NCBI GenBank assembly: GCA_013265495.1
Contig: MU058065.1
Span: 7,068,302-7,132,301, forward strand
Origin: Vicugna vicugna
Taxonomy: Eukaryota
Direction: 5' to 3'
DNA: 64,000 nt
Positions within the stretch are counted from its first letter, which is position 1. Every line of letters begins with the position of its first letter. The notes beneath the pieces were generated by a model. It worked only from the letters and a program-made list of their open reading frames with translations, was not told the origin of the DNA and did not search any database. Made by a program: the position numbers and the translations under genes. Positions 34,818 to 47,785 of this stretch are shown one piece after another.

Positions 34818-37075
34818 TGTGGTCAGGATTCTGGTGCAGGACAAAATCCACTCTGGATGTTTGAGTGGGAGGAATTTATTAAATGGATTTCAACATTATT
34901 GGAAGGGCAGAACAGAACAGATGCTAGGATAAGATTTCACGAACTGCTTCAGTTAGTCCCTGAGAGATCTGTGACTCCTCCCCAGTCAGATACCCGCCAT
35001 CTCCAGAACTACACTGGCCACTTCTGTGAACAAGATGCTGCCTGGATGAAGGGGCCATCACCGCTGGCTCTAGAACCACACACACAGAGCTGTTTAGAAC
35101 TGACCAGCAGAATGGCTGCTCTAAGTCCTGCCTCAACACTCTGGAAACTTGTGGCTGGACACCTAGACTACTGTTAAAAAAGCACCAGTACCTCCATGGC
35201 TGTGTGTGCCAGCAGGAAAAAGCACAAGTGGAAAAACCCCACCTCTGCTTTCAAAAACCTTGAGTATTTGACTAATAGAACATAAATCACATCTAGGACT
35301 CTAGCTGCAAGGGAGCCTGGGGAATGTGGCTCTCAACTGTCCAGCCTCTGCCACACAGAAAAGCACATGGGGAGCAGGGGGTGGGAATGGAGGCTGAGCA
35401 CCAACCCACCCCATCCATCCAACTGCATCCCTCTGACTAATCATCATCAGTTTTACCTATACTTAAATTTACAAACAACCTCTATAGCAACAATGTTCTC
35501 CCTCTGAATATAATACAGTAATCTCTTATAAACCAAAACACATTCACTATCTCCCTCAAAGCTGATGAGATACCCAAAGTTGCATCAGTTATTTCAGTCA
35601 TCACTTGGTGATGAGCCTTCTCTCTCTTGTTTAGTTACCATTCCATCTTGACACTTTGTAGCCCATGGACTGAATGATGAAATTAACCACCAAGACACAG
35701 GCTATAAAAATGATAGGGAAAAGAAAAGGGGGAAAAACAGGAAACTATTATTATTATTTTTAAACAACAAAGAAAGTAAGAGACTATAGGTGGCTGTTAC
35801 AGCCCTCCTTTCTGTAACTGGTCATGAGGTTGTAGTGTCATTTGGGTATTTTCCTGGTGGAATGACCCAGAACCATCCCCAAGGGTTCTAAGTCTTTGAT
35901 GGTCTTATTCCTACTGGGTTGTTAGAATGTTCCGTTTATTTGCCACTGAACATGGCCATATTTGGAGATGCTCCAGAAGATCCCTTGGATTCTCGACCTA
36001 TTTTCCCTTCTACCATACAAGATATAGCGACCTTATCCCCCCCCATCTTTACCTTATTCTTACGCCTTTTCCTGTTGATTTAATGGCATAGAAAGATCCA
36101 AATGGCTAGGAAACAGGTTCCTATCTCTATGTTTTAAAAATATTATTTATTTATTTATTTTAATGAAGGTACTGGGGATTGAACCCAGAACCTCATGTGT
36201 GCTAAGTATGTGCTCTACCACTGAGCTGTACTTCCCCTCACCCAATTCCTATGTTTAGTGGATCCATTTTTGTCTCCTAAGGGAAGATTTTCTCCCTTGG
36301 GTACTTAGGTCCCTGTCAGCTTAGCCCAAGGAATGGGAAGAGATGTCTGTAAGGGACCATTAGGGTTAATAGTGAAAGGCACCTCTCCTATTTCTACCCC
36401 TTAGTTCCTGCATATGCATATTTCTGGCTGTAAGTGCAATAGCACTCCATCTTAGTCCCCAGTTCTGAGCATATACTGAATTCTGCAAGAGATATCCCAC
36501 TCCCTTAAGGTGTTGACTCCAAGTTAAAGTTGTAATGAAAGCTTTAGCACATTAGTTCGCTGTTCTACTACTCCAGCCTCTTTGGGTGATGAGATCCATG
36601 ATAAGCCAACTGTATTCTGTGGAAATAAGCCTATTTGCTCTAAGATGATTTTCCAGGACAGAGACAATCTTGAGAGGGAGAGTGTAAGGGCAAATCAAGT
36701 ATTCAGAAAATCCATAGACTCTGCTGCTGGCGGGGGAACAAGCAGAGATGACAAATTCCAGAAAGCGTCTGTTTCAGGAAGGACAAGTCTCCTCCCCTTC
36801 CATGATGGAAGGCGTCTAGTAGAGTGGTGAACTCTTGCACTAGGTGCTCAGTATTTTGGTCTCTGCTATTGCATACTCAGCAATGGCCAAAGCCAGATTA
36901 ATCTCAGGGAAGGGAAATCTGAGCACTTACATGAAGTCCACCCCTGCCACCATGGCCACTTTGTTCACGAACCCATTGAGTAAGCACTGGGTTGTCTGCG
37001 TAAAGAGGCTGGCTGATATCCTGAACAAGTCATCTTTGTCCACCCAATCATCAGAAGCCTCACCTGCAGAGAATG
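34818..37075 (-). mobile_element. Degenerate ERVL-class provirus remnant (LTR-like 34.8-35.4 kb plus pol integrase-region sequence)
   Basis: Minus strand resembles ERVL pol motifs (AHEQSGHGG-, PLPSWKG- and HHPEAAG..ER-like), with many stops and frameshifts. Confidence 0.7.
36132..36237 (-). mobile_element. tRNA-derived SINE, camelid vic-1-like
   Basis: Minus strand GGGGAAGTACAGCTCAGTGGTAGAGCACATACTTAGCACACATGAGGTTCTGGGTTCAATCCCCAGTACC plus (TAAA)n tail; A and B boxes. Confidence 0.8.
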
Positions 37076-37089
37076 AGTTTGGTAAGTTT

Positions 37090-37552
37090 TGTAGCCGTAA
37101 TGACTCACTGAAGATGTCCATATCCTGATCTTTAGAATCTGTAAATGTGTTACCCTACGTGACAGAAGGGACGGTGAAGATGTGATTAAGTTAAAGATCA
37201 GAGAGAGATTATCCTGGATACTCTGTGTCTTGGTGGTTAATTTCATCATTCAGTCGGTGGGCCCAAAAAGAAGGAGCAGGAGGATTAGAGTCAGAGAAGA
37301 AGATGTGAGTATGAAGCAGAGGTCAGAGTGATGTGATTACATGAGCCAAGGAGTACAGGTGGCCACTAGAAGCTGGAAAAGGTGATAGCTGGCTATCTCT
37401 TAGAGCCTCCAGAAGGAACACGGACCCAACAGTACCTTGATTTTAGCTCAGCATGACTCATTTCAGGTTTCAGAATTGGAAGATAATAAATTTGTGTTAT
37501 TTTAAGCCATGAAGTTTGTGGTCATTTGTTATAGCAGCAATGGGAAGTGAAT
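37090..37552 (+). mobile_element. MLT1D-like MaLR LTR
   Basis: AAGATGTCCATATCCTGATC...GATGTGATTAAGTTAA...TAGAGCCTCCAGAAGGAAC...AATAAATTTGTGTTATTTTAAGCCA. Confidence 0.8.
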
Positions 37553-37849
37553 TTATTAATCCTTGTCGTATCACTGACTTAATCACAGATGTCTTCCGTG
37601 GCTCTCTGCTAAAGATATTTTACCATGTAAAGGAAGTATTCATACATTTCTATTTTATTTAATTAAAAATTCTAATGTCACAAAAGGATCCAGAATTTGG
37701 TCCAATGTCCTTCTGGGATCCATGAAATAATCACATATGTTAAATAATCTCTTAATATGATGAATCATATTATGGCTTTTCTAACAATGAGTTATCTTGG
37801 TATTCCTAGAATAGTCTCATTAGATCATGTTTCTAATTTTTTTATGCTG

Positions 37850-40800
37850 AAATTAAAAAAAATCAACATAATGGTATAAGTAACACCCAATAAATTGAAT
37901 CCCCTTAAAGTGTATATACTATTTTGTCAGTTGTAGATAGCTGTGAAACTATGACTGTAATTAAGATAAAGTGCTTTTCCATGAACGCCCAAAGAGTCCT
38001 CATGGCTCTCTATAGTATGTCCCTCCCTTTGCTCCTAGCCCTTGGCAACCCTATATATTAGTTTGAATTTTCTATAATTTTATGTAAATAGAGTAATACC
38101 ATATACGTTCTCTTAGTTTTATCTTCTTTCACTCTGCATATTGATTTTGATATTTAACTTTTTTGGTGTTTGTCAGTAGTTTGTTCCTTTTTACTGCTGA
38201 ATAGTATTCCTTTGTATGGATATACCACTTTTGTTTATCCATTCACTTATATGATGGATATTTAGATTGTTTTCAGTTTTTTGGTCATTGACAATAAAGC
38301 TGCTATGAACATTTCTGTACAAGTCTTTTTGTTTATACACTAAAAAGTGAGTTTTATTCCTAACCCAGATACATATCTCACTTTTCATAGATAATTATAT
38401 CAACATTTCCTACATATCTTTTCAGAAATTCCTAAGGACCATCAATGTATTCTTCTATGTTTTTTTTTTATTTGAAGCATAGTTGACTAACTATGTTGTG
38501 TTAGTTTATTGTGTACAGCAAAGTCATTCAATTATATATATATTCTTTTTCATAATAGGTTATTATGAGGTATTGAATATAGTTTCCTGTGCTATACAGT
38601 AGGACCTTGTTGTTTATTTACTTTATGTATAGTAGATTGTATCTGCTAACCCCAAACTCCTAATTTATCCCTACCTCCTCTTTCCGCTTTGGTAACCATA
38701 GTTTGTTTTCTATGTCTGTGAGTCTCTTTCTGTTTTGTAAATAAGTTCATTTGTATCATTTTTTAGATTCCACATATAAATGATACCATATGATATTTGT
38801 CTTTCTCTGACTTACTTAGTATGATGATCTCTAGGTCCATCCATGTTACTGCAAATGGCATGATTTCATTCTTTTTTATGGCTGAGTAGTATTCCATTGT
38901 GTATATATATACATATATATATACACACAACTTCTGTATCCAGCCGCTTGTTGATGGGCATTTAGGTTGTTTCCATGTCTTTGCTATTTTATATAGTGCT
39001 GCTATGAACATTGGGGTACATGTATCTTTTCAAATTAGAGTTTTCTCCAGATACATACCCAGGAGTGGGATTGCTGGATCATATGGTAACTCTATTTTTA
39101 GTTTTTAAAGGCATCTCCTTACGTTCTCCATAGTGGCTGCACTAAATTACATTCCAACCTACAGTGTAGGAGGGTTCTGTTTTCCACATCCTCTTCATCA
39201 TTTATTGTTTGTGGACTTTTTAATAATGGCCATTCTGACTAGTGTGATTGATTTGCATTTCTCTGATAATTAATGATGTTGAGCATCTTTTCATGGGCCT
39301 TTTGGCCATATGTATGTCTTCTTAGGAGAAATATCTGTTTAGGTCTTGTTTGCATTTTTTGATTTTTTTTTTTTGTTATTGAGTTGTGTGAGCTGTTTGT
39401 ATATTTTGGAAATTAAACCTTTGTCAGTCTAATCATTTGAAAATATCTTCTCCCAGTCTATAGGCTGTCTTTTTGTTTAGTTTACAGTTTCCTTTACTGT
39501 GCAAAAGCTTAGACGTTTTATTAGGTTCCATTTGTTTATTTTTGCTTTTCTTTCTATTGCCTTGGGAGACTGACCTAGGAAAATATTGCTACAATATGTC
39601 AGAGAATGTTTTGCCTATGTTCTCTTCTAGGAGTTTTATGGTGTCTTGTGTTATGTTCAAGTCTTTAAGCCATTTTGAGTTTATTTTTGTGTATGGTGTG
39701 AGGGTGTGATCTAACTGTATTGATTTACATGCAGCTGTCCATCTTTCCCAACACCACTTGCTGAAGAGACTGTCTTATTGCCATTGTATATTCTTGCCTT
39801 CTTTGTTGAAGATTAATTGACCATAAGTCTGTGGTTTTATTTCTGGGCTCTCTATTCTGTTCCATTGAGCCATGTCTTTTTTTGTGCCAATACCACTCTG
39901 TTTTGCTTACTGTAGTTTCATGGTATTATCTGAAGTCTGGGAGGGTTTTGACTCCAGCTTTGTTTTTTTCTCCTCAGTATTTCTTTGGTAATTATGGGTC
40001 TTTTGTGATTCCATATAAATTTTAGGATTATTTGTTCTAGTTCTGTGAAAATGTCATGGATAATATGACAGGGATTGTATTAAATCTATAGATTGCTTTG
40101 GGTAGTATGGTCATTTAAACAATATTAGTTCTTCCATCCAAGAGCATGCTATATCTTTCCACTTCTTTAAACAATCTTCAGTTTCCTTTATTGATGTTTT
40201 ATAGTTCTCAGTGTATAAGTTTTTCACCTCCTTTGTCAAGTTTATTCCTAAGTATTTTTTTTGGATGCAATTTTAAAATAATTTTTTTTACTTTCTTTTT
40301 CTGATATTTCATTGTTAGTGTACAGAAATGCAACAGATTTCTGTATGTTAATCTTGTATCCTGCTACCTTGCTGAATTTGTTTATCAGTTCCAGTAGTTT
40401 TTGTCTGGAGTCTTCAGAGTTTTCTTACATATATCATGCCATCTGCATATAGTGGCAGTTTTTACCTCTTCCCTTCTAATTTGGATACCTTTTATTTCTT
40501 TTTCTTGTCTGATTGCTAGGGCTAGGACTTCCAATACTATGTTGAATAGAAGTGATGAGAGTTAACATCCTTTCTTGCTCCAGATTTTTGTAGGAAGGCT
40601 TTCAACTTTTCACTGTTGAGTATTATGTTGGCTGTGGGTTTGTCATAAATAGCTTTTATTATGTCAAGCTATGTTCCCTCTATACCCGCTTTGGTAAGAA
40701 TTTTTATCATGAATGGATGTTGAATCTTATCAAATGCTTTTTCTGCATCTATTGAGATAATAATGTATTTTTTTCCTTTCTTTTGTTGATGTGGTGTATC

Positions 40801-41830
40801 TCATTGATTGACTTACATGTGTTGAACCATGCCTGTCACCCTGGGATGAATCCAACTTGATTGTAGTATATGATCTTTTTTAATGTGTTGTTGGATTTGG
40901 TTTGCTAGTATTTTGTTGAGAATTTTTGCAATAATATTCATGAAGAATATTGACTTGTACTTTTCTTTGTTGGTAGTGTCTTTGTCTGGTTTTGGTATCG
41001 GGCTGATGGTGGCTTCATAGAATGAGTTTGGAAGTATTCCCTCCTCTTCAAACTTTTGGAAGATTTTGAGAAGGACCAGTATAAATTCTTCTTTGTAAGT
41101 TTGATAGAATTCCCCAGTGAAGCCATCCAGTCCTTGACTTTTGTTTGCAGGGAGTTTTTTTTTGTTTGTTTGTTTTAAATTACAGGTTCTATTTTACTTG
41201 TAGTGATTGGTCTGTTCAAATTATTTATTTCTTCTTGATTCAGTTTTGGTGGGCTGTTTGTTTCTAGAAGTATGTCCATTTCTGGTAGGTTGTCCAATTT
41301 GTTAACATAAAGTTGTTCATATTATTCTCTTACGGTTTTTTGTATTTCTGCAGTATTGGTTGTTATTTCTCCTCTTTTGTTTCTTATTTTGTTTATTTGG
41401 ATCCTCACTCTTTTCTTCATGGTGGGCCTGGTCAGAGGTTTGTTGATTTTGTTCACCCTTTCAAAAAACCAGCTCTTGGCTTTATTGATTTTTTTCTATT
41501 GGTTTTAAATCTCTATTTTATTTATTTCCTCTCTGACCTTTTGTTTCCTTCCTTCTGCTGACTTTAGGTTTTGTTTGTTCTTCTTTTTCTGTACAAGTCT
41601 TATTGTGGACATATGATGTTATTTCTCTCGGGTAAATACCGAGTGGGCTGGCTGGGTCATATGGGCAGTATCTTTGTGACTTTCTAAGAAACTGCCAAAC
41701 AGGTTTTGGAAGTGGTTGTATTATTTTACATTTCTTTCAGTAATATATGGGGATTCCATTTGCTTCACATCCTCACCAACATTTGGTACTGTTAGTCGTT
41801 TTAATTTTAACCATCGCAATGAATATGTTA
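37850..41830 (-). mobile_element. Old L1M 3' fragment (37850-38327, continuing 41586-41830) interrupted by a younger L1
   Basis: AATAAAGCTGCTATGAACATTTCTGTACAAGTCTT continues after the insert as ATTGTGGACATATG...GGGTAAATACC. Confidence 0.75.
38460..41585 (-). mobile_element. 5'-truncated younger L1 (~3.1 kb: decayed ORF2 RT/C-terminus plus 3' UTR)
   Basis: ORF2 C-terminal remnant [21 protein letters not shown]; poly-T at 38460-38469; 16-bp TSD. Confidence 0.92.
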
Positions 41831-42502
41831 AGAACCTTGTCATGTGCCTTTTGGTTTTTTTCTATGTCTTACTATTTTAAATTTCAAATTTAATTTAGTT
41901 GTGTTAGAGAAATATTCTGTATGATTTCAATTCTTTTAAATTTATTGAGGCTTATTTTATGGTCAATCTTCGTGGACATACAATGTGCACTTGTAGTGAA
42001 CGTGTTTTCTGTTGTTGGGTATAGTGCCTCTATCAGTTAGGTTAATGTTGTTTAAACTATCATTCAGGTCTTTGAATGATATATTTACATTTACAGATCT
42101 TCACTGATGTTTCTGTCTAGTTATTCTATCAGTTGCTGAGAGAGTCTCCCATGATATTTGTGCAATCATTTCCTTCTTCTTTTTCTGTCAACTTTTGCTC
42201 TGTGTATTTTGAGGTCTGTTTATAGTTGTATAGTCATATATGGTTATCAGTTTTCCTGGTGCATTCTGTCCTTATAAAACATCCCTCTTTATTTTTGGTA
42301 ATATCCGATCTTGAAGTCTATTTTATCAATGACTATTCATAGAACTACTCCAGCCCGGCCCCAATGTGGTTCTATATGGTATATGTTTTTTCCATTAATT
42401 TAATTTTAATGTATCTCTGTCTTCATATTTAAAGTGTGTTCAGTTATGCTTAAAAAATATCCAATCTCCTAACCTCTGCCTTTCCATTTGATTGTTTAAG
42501 CC

Positions 42503-42779
42503 GTGTCTTAGTCCAGTTGGGCTGCTATAACAAACACCATGGACTGAGTGGTTGATAAACAACAGAAACTTGTTTCTCACAGTTCTGGAGGTTGGGAAAT
42601 TCAAGATCAAGGTGCCAGCATGGTCATGTTCCAGTGAGGGTCCTCTCCCTGGTTCATAGGCAGCACCTTCTCGATGTCTCCTCACATGGCCAAAGGGGTG
42701 AGGGAGCTCTGTGGAGTCTCTTATAGGAGCTTCAGTATCATTCATGAGTGCTCCGCCCTCATGACCTAATCACCTCCCA
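42503..42779 (-). mobile_element. MLT1A-like MaLR LTR (partial)
   Basis: TGTCTTAGTCC...GCTGCTATAACAAA...TCTCACAGTTCTGGAGG...CAAGATCAAGGTGCCAGCA. Confidence 0.85.
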
Positions 42780-42791
42780 TTATCCTTGGTA

Positions 42792-43087
42792 CAGTCATCC
42801 TTCGATATCCACAGGAGATTGGTTCAGGACCCCTGCGGATACCAAAATCTGTAGATGCGTAAGTCTCTATAACGGTGTAGTATTGCATATAACATCCTGC
42901 ATATTTAAATCATCTCTATATTGCTTATAATAGCTACTATAATATAAATGAGATGTAAAATGTTGCTTGCATGCATCAAATTCAAGTTTTGCCTTTTGAA
43001 ACTTTCTGGAATTTTTTCCCCAAATATTTCCGATTTCCAGTTGGTTGAACTCGCAGATGTGGAACCACAGGTATGGAGGGCTGACTG
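42792..43087. mobile_element. MER2-like TcMar-Tigger MITE
   Basis: TIRs CAGTCATCCTTCGATATCC / GGTATGGAGGGCTGACTG; TA on the left flank. Confidence 0.8.
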
Positions 43088-43151
43088 TGTAGTCCCATTT
43101 ATTGTACTCTGTGTGACTCTCTTTGCTCCTGTACCCAGCCCCACCCTTTTT

Positions 43152-43271
43152 TTCCAGACATCTTCTTTACCTTGCATGGGATATCCTTATGCTAAAAAAA
43201 TTATTCATTATTTATCTGAAATTCCATTTTAACTAGGGATCCTGTTTTTCTTTGCTAAATCTGGTAGCCCT
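43152..43271. mobile_element. MER53-like hAT MITE (half)
   Basis: TTTATCTGAAATTC..TTTAACT.GG...TTTGCTAAATCTGGTAGCCCT. Confidence 0.7.
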
Positions 43272-43279
43272 CCTGAAGG

Positions 43280-43458
43280 ACCATCCCAACTTTAGTGCTC
43301 CTGTAGGGTCAGCTGAGCCTTCCAGTGACTGTGCTAAAGCCTCACCCTTCTTGAGTCCCCTCCCCAGCACAGGTGTTGATTCCTAAGAAGCTCCCTGATA
43401 AACCTTGTGTTTGCTTTTCTCTGCAGAGTTGGCCTCCCAGACAACTTGACCTACAACA
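43280..43458 (+). mobile_element. LTR16-like ERVL LTR 3' part
   Basis: CCATCCCAAC...CAGGTGTTGATTCC...GATAAACC...CAGAGT...ACCTACAACA. Confidence 0.55.
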
Positions 43459-44939
43459 TCAAGTCTCTGCTGTCTTCTTTCCATGGTCCTAAGACCCCTG
43501 AGCCACACCGACGGATGCCCAGTCCCCAGAGCAGCCTCCATCCGGGCCCCCAGGCCTGGAATTTATGTTAGGAGGACCTAATCACAGCTCAGGTCTTGAG
43601 ATGGCTCTGATGCCCACCAGGGGGCAGCCATTACCCGCATGTGAGCTTATTGGTGGCCCAGGGAGTGTGGGGGGTGGGCTCCAGGAGAGGTTGCTGTGGT
43701 GTGTACCAGTGTGTGCATGCTTGAGGGCACGTGCTGGCTGTGTAGACCACAGCCTGAGCGTGTGTGACCTGCGTGTGTGCACCTGGACCAGTTGCTCCGG
43801 TCTCTGGACCTGTTTTCTCATCTGTCCAAGAAAGGGGTCCTTCATTCTGAGAATCTGTGTTCCTTTATTGCTCAGCGTCATTGGGTCATCTCTTTAGACA
43901 TCTCTGTGATCATTTAAAAGAATTAAGAATTCCAGGCTGTTGATTTGAGGGGGGTGTCTGGGTGGGGAGGAGAGAAAGAGGAATGGAGAAGTTTTGTTTT
44001 CTTCTCCGCAAAAGCAATGCTTTAATTGATTAAACAAAATCTGTGTTTTCATTCTCACAAAAATTTTATTTCAAAATAATACGAGTTGTTAAGTCCTATG
44101 CAAAGGCACTAGTGCCCTTTAGAGCTCTACTCATTTTCAGGACTCTTGTCTGACCACTAATTCTCAGAACTGTTGGAACTTTGCAACCAAGTGCTCCTCA
44201 CCTAGAGGAGAAAAATGTAGCGATAAAGACCTCGGGCAGCAGAGTCAGCCTTCCTGATCCTTGCTGGTCAGTTAATGACTGCACATGAGTCCCACTTGTA
44301 AAATGGGAGCAGTAATAGTGACGTAAGTCATGGCACTGTTACTGTATGGGCAGGACCCCCAGTTGGACTGTGATGTGTCTGGGACTGTGTCTCTGGCACT
44401 AATTGGCTCAGAAGCAGCAGAACCTCTGGGCTCCTGAGGACTGTGTGGCCTTGGATCCAGTGTCTCAGTAGTAACCAGTGGGGACAAGGGGCCAGTGACC
44501 ACACGTACTCCCCTTCCCATAAACGCTGGTGAGAGAGAGAGGTTGGGTGGGCGTCTCATTAATGACAGAGACTGAATTTCCTGCCTCCAGGTGGGACGCA
44601 GGCTCAGAGACAGATTTAACCTGATTCAAAGACATTTTTAAAAGTGATATTTGTTGCACACCTGAAATTGTGGTGACAATTTTTAGTTGCTATTTCTGAA
44701 TTTCCTGTCGCTCCCACATGGAGCCTTGCCCACAGCACACGCTCACGGAGCCCTCCTCATGTGCCAGTCTGCCTGTCAAAGTCTCCCCACTGCCCGAGGC
44801 CCAAAGCAAGGGCTTTCCTGGGAGAGTCCAGACCCGGGGCTCTAGATGGCAGGCACCTAAGATCAGCATCCCCAACCGTCAGCATTGGACAGGTCAGTCC
44901 TCTTGGGGAAGGTTGGCCGGAATGCATGACAACAGTAGT

Positions 44940-45160
44940 GGCCACTGTTTATTGAGTGCTTACAATCTGCTGGGCATGCTTCTAAGCTCTTTGCTTGTAT
45001 CAACTCATGAGTCCTCACAATAGCCTATGAGCCTGTCTCCATTTTACAGATGAGAAGACTGAGGCTTGGAGAGGTGAAATCTATTATCAAAGTGAAGACG
45101 CTAGCAGGTGGCAGAGCCAGGATACTAATTCCGGTGGTCGACCCCAGAGCCCTCGCTTTA
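44940..45160 (-). mobile_element. MIR SINE
   Basis: TTTATTGAGTGCTTAC...CCATTTTACAGATGAGAAGACTGAGGC. Confidence 0.85.
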
Positions 45161-46519
45161 AGCATCTAGAGCAGGTAAGAAGTTGACCGATTGGCTGAGC
45201 AAATAACAAAGCCCAGAAATAATACGTTAGTCAAATCAGAGAAAGGCGAGGCTGGTGAGTTCACTTCCTGCTTTCGAAACTTCTTTTCAGTGACCTTTTC
45301 CCTCCCTGTGCCCCTCGGAGCCCACCCAGCCTGTGGGGAGAGTGGGATTGCTGGTCCGTCTCTGCCAGACCTGCCGGGGGCTGCTGGTTCTAACTCTGGG
45401 CTGGGAGGTGGGCGCCCCGGTGTCTTTTCTCCCTGGATGGACAGAGTCGTTCTTTTCCTTTTTCTTTCCCAAATGCCATTTTGTTCAAGCAGAAAATCTT
45501 TGAGGAGTGAAGTCACATTTTCCATGCCCCCAAAAGCTCCAGCATGCCGATGAGTATTATTGTAACCAGAGGAGTCTGGGGACAAAGGAAGCTTATAATT
45601 TTGTAAACAGAGGCTTGGGAGAGGCCTGCCTGGGATGGCTTTTCAAGGGGAGGGAGAAGGGGAGAGGCAGAATTTGGAAAAACTCGAAGCCGGAGGAACT
45701 TCAGGACTGGTCAGCATTGAGGCCTAGCGTTCAGGTGGAGACCCTCCGGGGGGACCGGTCGGTGGAGAGGGTGTTTCAGAATCCCCCTGCCTCCTTCTCC
45801 ATTCATTGCTCCCCAGCACCCCCTGGTCATTTCTGCTAAACTCCAAGTTGGCTTGCTGAAGAGGCAAAATTCCTGCACTTGGAGTTAAGAGGTTAGCTAG
45901 CTAAGGGCCTTGTCTCTTTGGCCCCAGTTTCCTCGTTTGCAGATGGGTTGTTAAAGATTTGCCCCAGAGAGTCTTCCCTCAGCCTGGTGAGGGGGCCACA
46001 CTTTTCCCTCACCCTCTCGAAGCTTCAAACATCCCTCCCTGTGTTTAGGCCAGATCACAAAGGCTGGGGTGTCTGCAAACAGAGCCGTCATTTTCTGGGG
46101 ACTTCCCCTGGCCTTGAATCGGAAGGATGGTAAGAGCTCATGTGGGGTGTTATGTGCTGAGTGGCTTCCACGTACCTTATTTAATGTGCACGGCAGACTT
46201 TGAATGTAGGTACTATGAGTGTTATTTTTGTTTTAGGAGATTAAGAACATAAAGGTGCAGAGGAGGGAAGAGGGGAGCCCAGGGCGGTGCAGCCATCTGC
46301 CTGCAGGGCCCACCTGCCTGCAGGGCCCACCCCCGGACCCACTGTGCGGCTCTGGCCTCTCCTCTCAGCCCAGAACCTCCAGCGCATTGGCTTTGGGCCT
46401 GGGATGCTTGTCATGGGACACTGCTTAATGTCCTGGAACACAGCCTGAGAAACTGTGGACAGGAGGGCCTCTGAGATGAATTAGATCCTAGCCTCATTAT
46501 GAGACAGGCCCATTAATTT

Positions 46520-46715
46520 AGAGAGAGGTAGAGAGAGAGTGGGAGACAGAGAGACTAAGAGAGAGAAATAGAGACTGAGGGAGAGAAAGATGGATAGATA
46601 AAGATATTGCAAGAGAGACTGAGAAAGAGAGGCAGAGAGAGATTCACATACATACAGCACTGAGAGAGAAAGACACACACAGAGACACCGAGAGACAGAG
46701 ACACTGAGAGGGAGA
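46520..46715. repeat. Degenerate (GA)n/(GAGACA)n purine-rich repeat
   Basis: ~195 nt of AGAGAG/GAGACA units. Confidence 0.85.
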
Positions 46716-47629
46716 GTGGGCATCCGCATTACTAGGGAGACCCAGCTGGGATAAGTTTCATCACTAAAGCAGTGCTTTGATGGGAAAGAGGAACGTTCCC
46801 TGAGGGAGAGCTCGCCAACCTGGCTATGGGAGGCCAGAAACCCTTGGAAGGTATGTTTTGATCCACAAGCTGGGATGGCAGTGTCCTTGCAGCAGGAGCG
46901 AGAAATCCGTGTGGAGGACACAGAGCTAACTCTTCTTCTCCCCCTTGATTCGTAGGAGCATCTCGGCCTGGGTGAGGAGGAGGCTCACCCAGTCTCCGCC
47001 CCCTGCCTATGGGATGGCTTCTGGACTTAGAGGTTCAGGAGAGGGAGAACCAGGCCAGGACAGGAGGAGGGGAGGCAACCCATGCTGGACCATGAATGTG
47101 CTCATTTCCCTCCCGCGGCGGGTTTCCCCGCTCACCCACATGACCCTCACCCCTGGCTCCAGCCCGGATGCCTGCTGTAGAGACCTCCAGGCAGGAGCAG
47201 ATGGACGATATCCCCTGAAGCTGGACCCTTTCTCTCCATCTTTGAATTTGCAGCTCACCCCAGTCCAGAGCATTTGTCTTCAGAGGGGCTTTCTTTGGGT
47301 CTTTGTATCTGTGCCACCTTAGTGACAGCCATGTGGCAAGCAAGAGGAAGCAGCAGTCACCCACTTGAACCTAATTTGAGAGGTGCTGAAATGGGCCACC
47401 TGTCCCTAAACTTCCCTCCCACACAGCCTGTCACAGAGCTTGACCTCCGCCTAGGATAAGATCAGAGAATATTCGAGTTTGGGAGTTGCAAGAGCCCAGC
47501 CTCCAACCTGAAGTTCTGATCCCTGCAGTTTGGGGAAAGAGAGCTGAGCCCAGAGGGCAGTGCATCGGCCACATTCATCCCACTTTGAAATTTGGGCCCC
47601 GGTGAGCCTAAATGTGGTGAGGGGGTCCC

Positions 47630-47785
47630 ACTCTGGAGCCAGACTTCCCAGATCTAAATCCTAGCCCTGCCACTTAATATCTGAAAAACCTGTGACTCAG
47701 TCTCCTCCTCTGTAAAATGGGGTTAACGATGGTGCTTTTCTCAAAGGGTTTGAGATAAAGCATTTAGAACAGAACCTGGGCATGG
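47630..47785 (+). mobile_element. MIR SINE
   Basis: CTCTGGAGCCAGAC...CTGCCACTT...CTCAGTCTCCTCCTCTGTAAAATGGG. Confidence 0.8.

Noticed and set aside
36160..36237. Possible tRNA gene
   Set aside because: Has A/B boxes but decayed stems and a (TAAA)n tail, so it is a tRNA-derived SINE.
36582..37249. ORFs in the ERVL region as a domesticated retroviral gene
   Set aside because: Pol similarity is broken across frames with stops; no long intact ORF.
38763..39011. L1 ORF2 C-terminal ORF as a functional CDS
   Set aside because: Fragment of a 5'-truncated, frameshifted L1.
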